Shown here in pieces: positions 1 through 11,303 of a stretch of 64,000 nucleotides of DNA. The first letter of the stretch is position 1, and the number at the start of each line of letters is the position of its first letter. Made by a program: the position numbers and the translations under genes. The stretch comes from Zygnema circumcarinatum SAG 698-1b (taxonomy: Eukaryota; Plantae; Zygnematophyceae), in the NCBI GenBank assembly GCA_037447605.1, contig CM074808.1, forward strand, positions 2,852,001-2,916,000, given 5' to 3'. A model generated the notes under the pieces. That model made no database searches. It saw only the letters and a list, made by a program, of their open reading frames with translations, and had not been told where the DNA came from.

Positions 1-183
1 AAGGCCATGGCGGCTGCTGGCAGGAGGCGGGCATGGCGGCAGGCTTGAGAGCTGCCTCTCAGCTTTCTGGCACCGCCAGTGCCATCGCCAATTGATACTG
101 TCGGATACGCATTGCAGAAGGCACTTGGAGAGGCATCAGACGGCTGATATTCACAGGTTTTATGCAGATTGGAGGGCCAGAAC

Positions 184-2020
184 ATGGCGACTAGGGGCTA
201 TGAGCTCGTTTCTTTACAAAACGATAGTAGTTTGGCGGGATTTTTGGAAAAAGCTTCAGCTGTGGTGAAGTCCGGTCCAAGCAGAACATCTACAAATGTC
301 ACATTTGCGAACTCTACCGATACTACAGTGCAGACCTTCTGGTTCAACTATCAGGGAGAAAAGGTGTAAACTGCAAACCTCCTGTCTAATTGACTCAAAA
401 GTAGCCCCTGGGTTAGGTTATTTTGGGAATTCATTTCATTGGCCTTCGCAGCGTATGCTGCATTTTCAAAGCAGGTTCGAGTTATTGCTTATGCTTTCCT
501 TGACGTATTCTGCTTCGTAATAATGTTCAGTAGAGGTCCCTGCCTCTTTATGCTGTCACTGAGATGTATAGGGATATCTAGTGCGTTTGCAGGTGCCGTA
601 TCAGACGATCAAACCTGGCAAACAGTATGTCCAACCTACATATGTACTTCATCCTTGGTGTTTTGAAGATGCAATCACACGTCAGCCTTTGGTTGTGAGC
701 AAGAAACTGGTAAGTATCCGTCACGACGGACCAACGATTTTATGATTTTTATGCCAACGATTTTCAAAAACAGTATACATGCACTTCGAAAAATCCAGTC
801 TCGCGCAATAAGGCTTCACTCAGCAGTACACGCAAAAATCACAATGTCAGCGTCGCTCAGTCAGCGTTAGTACTCTCATGTCGAAATCGCTCTTGTACTA
901 AAAAAGGTCATTGCTGAGTAAAAAGCTCGCCATAAGTACTGCATGCATCCTGCCACATTTAACGTGCATGTATTAGCTGCAAGTAAATTCACACGTGTCT
1001 ACCGTCCAGGCACAAGCTGTAATTAAAGCAAAAACTATAGTTGATGTTAAATTGTCTGATGGATCTGGATTGCTGATGCTACTGGATTTTGCTGGAGAAC
1101 TTCTCACCTTTTGGTAGCTGTTGACGCGTGATGTAGGTAGTGTTTCCAGACGACGCAGCACAGAGTGTGATGACTATTAGTCGCCCCGTGGAGATTGAGT
1201 GGACCCAGGAAAACCATGCGCGGTTCCCTCCGGATTTTCAATCAGCCGTCAGGGAGCTGCTGCTTTGTTATCATCGATCCAGCTCAATGTTTCAAGTTTG
1301 CAAGTCAATAAATTCCCTGAATCTCGATGTACGTGCATCCTTCTTTTAGGACTGGATCTCATTTCCATATTTAGGTTCACGTGATGAGCTTGGGCATAAT
1401 GCATGTGGGAAAGAAATCACGACTTCCTTTACAATGACAAGATCACGTTACCTGAACATTTTCGGACATTGAGATTATCATGACGTCTATCCAGGTTTGT
1501 TGTTATCAGTGTTTACAGAAGGGAGGACATAGATGAGTTGACCTTATGCTTGCAACACTGTGAATACCTCAGCAAAAGGTTACAAACCATAGACTTGAGC
1601 TCATTGAGTGGGATAATGCCATTAGTCCTCTAGGATCTTCTACTGATTATTGCGAGTCAGTAGAAATTGAATATGGAAGAATACCTTGAGGTGGTTGTGA
1701 ATGGTTTCTAAGATATTGAATGTTTAGGACAGTAAAAAGCACCAAAAGAGTTTCCGGCGCACTCATCTTCCTAGCAGTAGGCCTCCGCTGCCAATGCCAT
1801 TACCAGCATCTGTAATTCACACAATAACTTTCTCACGCCATGTGAACTCCTTTGCTGTGTGATGCAGGCCAACGATTCGCAAGATGACAGTGCGCTAAAA
1901 AATGGATACAAGGTGCGAACGAGTGGCCTGTTTGGTAAAGTACCATCAGATGTGCTTTTCATTATTATCAAACGATCTGCACCGAAGGTTCTCGACGTTG
2001 ATGTGAGAGTTTCCACATAG
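184..2020 (+). CDS. VHL (von Hippel-Lindau) beta-domain protein with C-terminal helical box; spliced
   Basis: Exons 184-363, 593-709, 1137-~1295 and 1868-2020 (GT-AG; the third donor and a possible extra exon near 1520-1690 are uncertain). They give STNVTFANSTDTTVQTFWFNYQGEKVPYQTIKPGKQYVQPTYVLHPWCFEDA, matching the VHL pattern F.N....V...W.NF.G....Y.T..PG......SY..H.W.F.DA. Confidence 0.8.
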
Positions 2021-2874
2021 CGCAGGTCAACGAGTTTATGATTCCCAGCGAAGGCCTGTTCACTGGAATTTCATTTCAATTATCATTCAAAAAACTTCAT
2101 GTCCTTATTTTGGTCGGGTTGATTCATTAAGAACAAAGTACCTCCTTCAGATGGCCCAGCCATTTTCATTTATGACCCTTCAGTCGCAGGCGAACGACGT
2201 TTCAGATAATGATGTCCTGTTATTTTTTTTGCAATGAAATGCCTTAAGATAAATCCCGGCTCCCTTGGTGCTTTTTCTTATCTCGCTATGATGAGTCTGC
2301 GTCTGCTTTGACCTCAAAACTATTGAGCTCGTGTTCAGGCATCCGCCCCAGTATATGAAAGCTATAAAATTTAAAATGTCACAGCTTTGCATCTATCACC
2401 GCATTTTTCAAACCCAATACCGTCGTCTCCCTCATACTTAGCCAAGATAGCATCACGTCGAGAACTGCCCTCCAACAGGATCATCGGAAACTTGACCAGC
2501 AGAGGCGCAGGAAGACGAGCCCGCCAGTTGCCCCCCCAATATAATACAGAATATCAAAACCGCCACGATCGTCTCTGGCCAGCAGAAGCCCTGGCGGGCG
2601 TGTTCAAGGTAGAAACTGACTACAGTGTTGAACCTCGCCTTAAGCAGTCCCGCAGCGGCGTGTTGCATGCCTGCCCTTCCAGAGAGATGTCCCCCCTCCC
2701 GCGCTAGAGTGCTCCAGCGAGCTATAGCACGAGCTTGCTGAAGAGGGGGGGAAGGAGGGAGGGAGGGAGGGAGGGGAGGAGAGGGGCCGAGGCGGCGCCC
2801 AGTCGCCCCCTTCCCCCCGCCGAGTCATCGATCGATGCTCATTTGGCGCGCGAGTTGCGGTCCGCGCTCTCTGT

Positions 2875-3063
2875 TACGTCACGTCACGCCACGCCACGTC
2901 ACGTCACGTCACATCGAGTCACGTCGTATCACATCACGTCGCATGACGTTATATCACGTCACGTCACGTCACGTCACGTCACCTCATGTCATGTCATGTC
3001 ATGTCATGTCATGTCATGTCATGTCATGTCATGTCACGTCATGTCATGTCATGTCATGTCACG
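2875..3063. repeat. Compound pentanucleotide microsatellite (TCACG)n then (TCATG)n
   Basis: Read directly: degenerate TCACG units at ~2876-2982, near-perfect TCATG units at 2984-3060. Confidence 0.95.
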
Positions 3064-4066
3064 GGCGCTGGCAGTGATGGCGGCAGCGGCGGCAGGAAGG
3101 GCTCGAGGAGGCCAACGGGTATGGGCTATGGGGGGTGGGCGGGGGGTGGCTGCGGGCAGGCGGATGCTGTAGGGAGAGGAAAATGGGGCTTCGCCGACTG
3201 GGGCCAAATGCTGCTACTCAAGGAACTCTGGTTGGATCTAAGGTCCTTCGAAAGGTTGTTCTCGCCACTTTATCTTTGTTGTTTTTGCAGCTCTCAACTT
3301 GCAACCACAAATACCATCCGTAATCAACGGTTGAAGCAACTTATTTTCCGGAGAAGTTTTCATGTGTCATACGGTTTCTGGCTTCTCTTGCTTCGCATCT
3401 TGCTTCCATCCTCAGTTCGGCGTTAGTGTCGGTTAAATTGTCGCAAACGACCTCGTTGGACTCCGGTTAGCGACAACTTTATAGCAAACGGCCTTTTGAA
3501 CACTTCTTTTATGATGGAGCACGCGCTTGCTGAAGTTCGATGAGGAGGCACATGGCGGACTGTCTGTTGAGAAAAAAAATGTAAATGTCCATCCCAGTTA
3601 CGTGTATTAGACTACTTAAGGAACCTGTCCTGCTGCACGCAAGCAAAAACTGCTGTAATGAACACATACGTCGCCTTCGCGAGGGGAAAAGTGAGGAAAG
3701 ACAGTGGGAAGTGGGTCGCTTTCCTCCCCTTTGCACACACTCATAGCCACAAGTGGACGATTACACTGACTGACTTCCCGCCATGCACTCCTTACAAAGG
3801 ACAGTCGCTGCATTCAGATTCAAATGCCCATCTACGCTTGAGGCGGATCCACAGCTTATTGGCGACCGCTTATTTCCTCACTGTAGTCAACACTGCCGGT
3901 GTTGTTAAGGCCAGGAACCAGAGATTAGGTTGCACCTAAGGGTTTTTTATTGACTTCGAAACACCAACAAGTAAGCAAAATCTCCCTACTCAATTCTACG
4001 GCCTCCTTTCATCTCCATCCAGCCGAGGTCCAGACCTGATCCCGACTACAAGTACAGCGGCTGCCC

Positions 4067-7000
4067 CTAAGGCTTGACCCTCCCTGTAGCCGCTTTAGGC
4101 GGATTCATGGCTCCGGCTGCGAGCAAGAGGTTCCTCCGCGTGAACTGCCAGATCCCCCCCTCGTACAAGAATGAATATCGCCCTTAAAGCACCAGTTTAA
4201 TGCACCATTTTGCCAACTTCTAACGAATGGGGTGCCTCGTCTTCTGAATACTGTGAAGCTTGAGGGGTCTCTGAGAAAGCGCACCTTCAGTGTGTACACA
4301 GGAGTGGCTTTAGTCGGCAGCGTCTTCACCAACCGAAGACGGCGTGCCACTGTTGCCCCCCCCCTGTAAACCCGCCACACACCCATTGGAGTCAGCCTTC
4401 GATTTCCAACTACTCCTTTTGTCCCTCGTCGTAGGCAGCTGAGCTGGTTGCCACAAATTCAATGCCCCGTTCCGATTTGAGATTTCCAAAGCGTACCTTT
4501 CCTCTGTCTTTGACATTTTGGTGCTTGCACTGACATCCCACAACCGCACAGTATTGTCTGCAGATCCCGACGCCAGCAACGAGCCCTCGCCACTGCACAG
4601 ACATCCCACTCAAATGCCTGAGTCCATTGTTAAGGCACAGTAAACTCGCTGCAGTTTTTGTGCGAGTTAAGAGCTTTTGAGATGCTGCATGATAGAGCCA
4701 CAGGTATGTACAGGAGTATTGGAGGCTGAAGGCATTCAGGAGGGATTTCAGGAAAAAAGCCATGTCTACAAGAAGACACATGGTTGGCATCGGAGTACAT
4801 ATTTCCTTTCGGCTATCAACGGACGAGTTCTTTGAACCTTCTGCATAGTTAATTTACGTGAAACACATAGTTCCCCGCTATCTGGCAAAAAAACGAATAG
4901 AACAATCCGCCAAAGCCAGGTAGGACCCAGAATGAAAAGCTCTCTATGAAAAAAAGATCGTAAAACGTTCTACCTTCAAGCAACTTCCCGGACATGATTC
5001 CAAGACTACTTCCATTACCTCCACCACAATACGAGCCTCTCAGTTTCCCCCTTCCCCCCCCCCCTTCCCCACCTCTCCTTCCCCCCCCCCTTCCCCACCC
5101 CTCTTCCCCCCCTCCCCCCTCTCCCGTCACCCACCCTCTCCCTCTCCCCCATCCTTTGACACACCTAAACTCGAGTGTCCAGACGCAGCCCGTGTGCCCG
5201 AGCAGCGGCGTGACGCGGCGGCCCGAGCCCAGGTCCCACAACATTATGGCCCCGTCCTCGTCGCCGGAGGCGAGGCAGCGCCCGTCGGGGGAGAGCGCGA
5301 GGGCGAGGACGGCCCCGCGGTGGCCCGCGAACACGCGCACGCACTCGCCCGTGGGGACGTCCCAAAGCCGCACACTCTTGTCGCTCGACCCCGTCGCCAC
5401 GTAGCTGCAGTTTCCGTGCCACCGCACGCACTGCGGATGGATGGGCCCATCACCCTCCCCTATGTCATCTTTGTTATGTCATCTTTGTCATGTCATCTTT
5501 GTTTCCATTGAATGGGGGACATGCGTGCTGCACTCAGGGTCGTTTTCATGGTTTTTGGCTTTGATATGGGTTCAGGGGGGAGGATCACGGCTGGGACAGG
5601 ATAAAGTGAGTGTGGGTTTCGGGGGGAAGAGAGGGAGATGACAATGTGCGACGATCTCATGCGTCATGTGATACTGGAAGACAAGGTTGAGAGGTGTGTC
5701 TCACGTCAACATCCGCCAGGTGGCCGGCCATGATGCGCAGGGGCTGTATGCGATCCATCGACCAAATTCGAGCTGTGCGGTCGTGTGATGCACTTGCAAA
5801 ATAGTGCCCAACGGGACTAAACTGCATATATGCCAAACAGCACAACCCCACAGAAGACAGCAGGAACACAATAACAGTAAGTGCCACAGCAAGTGACTAC
5901 TCAATTCAAGGAAGCACATTCATCTATTCTTTTGCTGTTCGTTCACTCTAATGCACTCATGTCTATCCGAGCAGACAGCAAAAGGAAAGTAGGGCCAAGG
6001 AGAGGGCAAGAGGAGGTACTTGGCAGTCCCAGACAGGGTAATTATGGCCTTTGTAGCACACTAAATTGGCGTTCATCTCCGTACTCCATAACCGAACTGC
6101 ACACAACCGATGCAAGAAAAGTTTGAGTGAATCATACTGTTCAAGATAACTCTCGAAAGGGGGATTGATAAAACAAGTGGCATCTGGGTGAGAATAACCA
6201 AAGCATTGATGCTGTCCCCTGCTCCGTTTTACCTTTGCTTTGTCATGCACTATTATCAACAAAAGTCCATATTTCAACATACATGGATGAAACACCATTA
6301 CAATCACAAAGCTTTTGACCCAACCGACCCTCCTTGCGATTTCCTCACCCTCTTCCCTCTTTCTTCCGCCCCTGGCCAAGTCCTTTCCCATTCCCCTTCG
6401 TTCCATGCTCACCAGTACAATCTGCTGATGACGACAGCAAGAAGCGTGAATCTGGACTGAAATGTGAAGCAAAGACAGGTCCTGCGTGTGCCCGCAAAAG
6501 CTCATAATTGGAGCCGCTCCCTAACGGGGCTCCTCCCCCATCGGCTGTAGGGATGCCAGGTGGCACTTCCGGAGTGGCTGGATCACCACCTCTATCTGTT
6601 CCCAACCAAAGATTTTCCACCAAAGTTCGACATATTGAAATGAGGCTAGACTGCTTCCCGTGTCTATTGAATCTCTGTTTCGATAAAATCCCGCCTTTAT
6701 ACCCTCCTCTATGCCGTCACAATGAGCAGAAGGACTGATGTAAAAAGGGAGATCTGAACATGAACGCAGAAAATTACCTGCATCAGTTGGCGGCCTCTGA
6801 TGGGATGCTCCGGCCTTAGTCATATCCCAAAGCTGTTACAAACCTCCATTCAGCTTCAGTAATCATGAAGTGAGTCTCCCCTCTCAGAGGCTGCAGAGGC
6901 AAAGCTCTCCTTCATATCATGTCACTTTCAAGTATGCCAAATTAGGCCAGTTTAGCAACTCGTGCGAATCAGCAAATCATGTCCTCCTCCGATGCAACCG

Positions 7001-10000
7001 TCTTCGTCAAAACTGTTTGCAGCCATCAACAGCCATAGGAACAGAAGCCGACAAACAATCCATAAAGATTCTCACCTTAATGGAGGAATCTGCCATCCCT
7101 CCTGCGACTAATGAACCGTCTGCAGATATTGCGATGCAATTTATGCTGCAAAACCTCACCGAGGCCAGTCGTCATACATTCAGCACACAGCTGAGCAGCT
7201 AGCTAGCAGCTGTCAGCTTCAGGAATTGAAATAGGCAAGCTACAGCGATGTCATAACGCAAAATCCATTTGCTAAGATGTTCCCTGAACAACTGCCAAAT
7301 ACTTATGAAGTGCATTCTCACCTGTTATGGGCATTTGTGAGGGTGTAAAAGCATACTGATGGCAGTGCCTGTGCACTCAACCGAATCCTCCGACGCAGAT
7401 CCTCCAATATCTCCTTCTCCACCTCCTCACTCCTGCAAAGCATGAATGACGAATTATGGGCGCCTTTCTCAACTGCTTCAAAAGACCACAGACAGGGAGC
7501 CTCCCTTCGCCGTTTGAAATTGAGTCGATCCTGCCTATTCCGTTTTCAAACATCTCCTGAATGAAATTATTTTGTCCTAAAATGATGGTTACTGGTGGGC
7601 AGCCGAGTAATGGATGGCAGGGGCTTACATATTCGGAAGAGGAATTGAAGCTATGGTTCGAACCCAGCTTGCGTCATCTCCCCCATCTACTTTTCCTCCC
7701 TTGCCAGCAGTCCCACTGCGCGGCTTCTCTTTCTTGCCTTTCTTGCTCGCAGAAGCGACTTTGTTGCCTTCTCCGGTTCTCTTCTGCAGAGTATCAATTA
7801 TAACGTGTCAGATAGTCAGATGGGTGCCAAATGCTCTCTTACGAATAGTGTCAATCTCCTCAGCTTGACCCAGCAGACCTGAAGGAGTAGAGATAAGGCA
7901 CCTTTGCATCCTCTCCTTCACCTTCCTTCGCGTCCCCGGGGCCTTTCTCGGCTTCTGCTGCCGTCATCTCCTTCTCGAACTTATGCTCCACCGAGTCTTT
8001 CAGTGCCTTCAAAGCCCAAACCCGTCCACACCTAATACTAAGCACCACAAAGCTGAATGGGGTCTGCTCTTATAAGACGACCAGCACTATTTGGTATCAA
8101 GAATTGCAGAAAAACTTCCAATTTTTTATGCACCGTCATTAACAACATTGGATCGGCAGACCCCATGCCAAACACTCACCCCCCATTGAATCTCTTTGAG
8201 GTTCAGCTGCTTCACAGCCCCCGAGGCTCGTCCAGTCGCTACAGGCTCCTCTTCATCTTCGGCTGCAGGAGATGGCTGTCCCGGAAACACTGCCTCCAAA
8301 TTCCAGTTAGTGAAGAATTAGGGTTTTTACGGTATATTTTGGATGGCAATAATGCTGGTCCGTAAAGCAATCGAATACAGATAAAGCTTTAACCCACCAA
8401 GTTGCACCTGATGTTTGACTTAAGCGCACCTTGAAGGTTGACGTGTTCATTAACAATGGCCAGCATAAGCATCAAGCCTGCTCCGTGGAGGAAATGCAGT
8501 AGAAGCTCAAAAGAGTACTGGTTCCATGTGCCCATTCAACCACAGTTGCCACAGTCAGATTCACAGGGACTTGCACTCGGAAGGATTCAGAGTGTTGCAT
8601 GGAAGAAGGCAAAGCAAAAATATAGGAACGACCGTCTAAAGTGTAAAACAAACAGCATCAACTGAAGCCGCAAAACTCCAACCGTGGAAGTTGAAAAGCA
8701 ACATCTTAACTAACGAAAGATACGGTTAACAAGATCACCTGACAAAGGCGAATGCTGATCTTGTTTTCGCGGAAAGTTCGCGCTAATTCATTTTCCTGCA
8801 CAATTCATGCATGTCCCACAGAAACGGGGTCAGTTCGCAGTCTCCTTCAAATAGAGCTGCTTCCCGAGTTCCTCTAGAGAATAAAAATGCTAAATTAACA
8901 ATACCTTGCTTTGCCAACGCTTTCATATTCCGTATGTTCCTTCAGTCTGCTCTAACCATGCATCTGCCAGGCAAGGCATCTCCTTAAAGCATTTCAAGCT
9001 CAACCACATCAGTTCAGTTGGTGATCATTTTTAATCGACAATGTATGGGTGCGGGTATGGGATGCCGAACCTGCAAATGCTGAGGAGTGTTGACACCTTC
9101 AAGCTTTTGAAGGTCGTGCAAGTGCAGCCGCTCATGTTCTTCGCAGTATGCTGAAAAAAACTGTCGAGCTGCAAGCCAAACATAGGAACATTTGGAATGT
9201 CATGAACAAGGAGCACTCCAGACCTGTTGGCTGCTTTCACACGAGTCGTTGATATCAGTCACCAAGCACTTGTCCTTATTCAGGTCTATTGGAATGCCCA
9301 AACGTTAGCAGCTGATACAGATAAGGAAAACGGCCGACGGGTAAAAGGTTACCACCCTACCATACTATACACCACCTTTACTTCCCTGTTTCCAACGCGT
9401 TCGAAGAATTCTGTACCTTCATTGCCGTAGCCTTTGCTGACAAGCTCCAAAAAAGAATGTACAAAGACTGGAAAGAGGATCTTCAGCAGCTCGTTCTGCA
9501 AACAAAAACAGGATGTACTCGTCTTACTTCATATCCCATGAGCAACTCACGTTTCAAAATACTACGTCTGGCTATGCAATGCACTAACGCATTATCCATA
9601 GCATCAAGAAGACATAGAAGCACCAGACGCAGAATCGACCTCTAGTGGAAAACGGGGGCCAGAAGAAAGGTACATCAGCATTCTATGCTGTTACTGGACC
9701 AGTTCAGGTAAAAAAAATTAACCACCAGATTCTTCTTAAGGTTATCCAATTCACGCATCAGCTGCCTGTCCGATTGCTAGCCGGAACTTATGAAGCACAG
9801 AGATAGTAGCAAGTAACCAGGAGAACAATGGTTATTGTCTAGTTATTTTAATTAACCAACTTTCTAATTCGTAAAGAAAAATACGGTGGAAATGCACATA
9901 ATTTGTGCCATCAAGCCTTACAGATCAAGCAGATGCTGATCCGACTTTCACCAAAAGCCATTCTTTAAGGTTGCAACCGTGCATTGATGATGACGCTAAA

Positions 10001-11037
10001 TGCAAAAACGAAATGCAATGTGTACATGGAGACGTCTCTAAACATTGCATTGTATGCCATTAATTGGCTGTGAGTTTCACGAAAGTGCAGCGGTATTGAG
10101 CCTATTAAAAGGATTTCAACAACTTCCGTTGGGTATGAACAAAACAAAAGGGAGGGAAGAATTCGTTCATGTATAACTAGAAATGTAACAGAAATTAAAT
10201 AAAAGCCAAAAAATGACTAAATGCTCACGCTCCTCTTATTGTACTTGAAGTCGCGCTTACGTCCTGTTGCTTCAATTAATTTCCCCGTCGTATTGATTCT
10301 AATTTATTCTTCTCCCTTAGAAAAGGGCAATCAAGGATTTTTAAGTCGCCCTCCGGAACAGCTGTAATACAATTGAAGTTCCTGAAGTAATTTTGGCGTC
10401 AAAAGTTGGTCACACACCTTGTATAAGTCAAGCGATGAATGCACCCATGCACGCAGCCGGCCATATGCTTCCCTGTACCGCGTTGGAATAGAGTCCGCGC
10501 TGCAAACCCTTCCAACCCACGAGCTACCGGTGTTGACTGTTTCATCCAGTAAGCTTCCAAACCAACGGCTATAAGCAGCATGCGCAATGCACGTGGAATG
10601 CGGTGATTCCACCAAACAAATACTCCAATGGAGGAGTATTACAGACTTGCGACATGTCAAAAAATGAAATGCCACGAAACAAGCAGTACGCTCCCTTTGC
10701 CGCGCATTTACAGCGTATCAACTGATTACATTTGAAAGGTTTTAGAAGGTTCATTCTTTCAGCAGCTTTCCCCGTTTCACTAACCTGAATTTGCCTGAAT
10801 GATATTTCCACAGACATCACTACGCACCCTAGGACCGCGGTCTCAGAAATGTGAGGAATACCTGTCATAGAAGTATATCTGATTTGTGATACTGCTGTCA
10901 ATGTCAGTCTTCATTCCCTGCGCCATATCTTCCAAGGCCTGCGTTTTCGCTTCCCCACGAAACGCCTGCTCCGTATGCTTGTAGCCCTTTCTCCGTAGGT
11001 ATGCCATAACTGCCTCTTCAATAGCCTCCGTATCCAT
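4067..11037 (-). CDS. TAF5: TFIID subunit 5 (LisH, NTD2, WD40 repeats); multi-exon
   Basis: N-terminus MDTEAIEEAVMAYLRRKGYK (LisH); NTD2 exons YREAYGRLRAWVHSSLDLYK and NELLKILFPVFVHSFLELV; WD40 exons GHNYPVWD, SASHDRTARIWSMDRIQPLRIMAGHLADVD, ATGSSDKSVRLWDV; C-terminus LVKTLPTKATPVYTLK/FTRRNLLLAAGA with TAG at 4067-4069. Confidence 0.95.
5046..5150. repeat. C-rich polypyrimidine tract (G-rich on the TAF5 sense strand) in a TAF5 intron
   Basis: Many runs of C4-C10, immediately downstream (in the transcript) of the donor at 5164. Confidence 0.85.
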
Positions 11038-11039
11038 GG

Positions 11040-11303
11040 CTGCCGCTGCAGAAGTTTCCTTAATACACTCCTCCCTTCCTCCCTAATCTCTCTCTCTCTC
11101 CCCTCTCGTCCTCAGATCACACCCTCTCTTTTGGACGCGAGAAAGAGCGCCATCAAGTCTCCATGCGAAAATTCCCGCCCGGTTACCGTTAAACGAATTC
11201 CCGAACAAGTGAATTCGACCTGGACATGAAACACGTGAGGTTACAAAATTTGTTAAAAGTAGTTAAACGGCGGAACGGGGTTCCATGCGGGCGCAGGCGA
11301 GCC
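11040..11303. promoter_or_regulatory. Short bidirectional promoter region TAF5 / GSTL
   Basis: Divergent ATGs 11037 and 11304; E2F-like ATTCCCGC at 11171-11178; G-box CACGTG at 11232-11237; CT-rich tract 11068-11130. Confidence 0.55.

Noticed and set aside
2735-3426. ORFs with HVMSC/HVTSR repeats
   Set aside because: Translations of the pentanucleotide microsatellite.
7655-7665. tRNA T-loop/B-box-like GGTTCGAACCC
   Set aside because: Lies within a TAF5 coding exon and has no cloverleaf around it.
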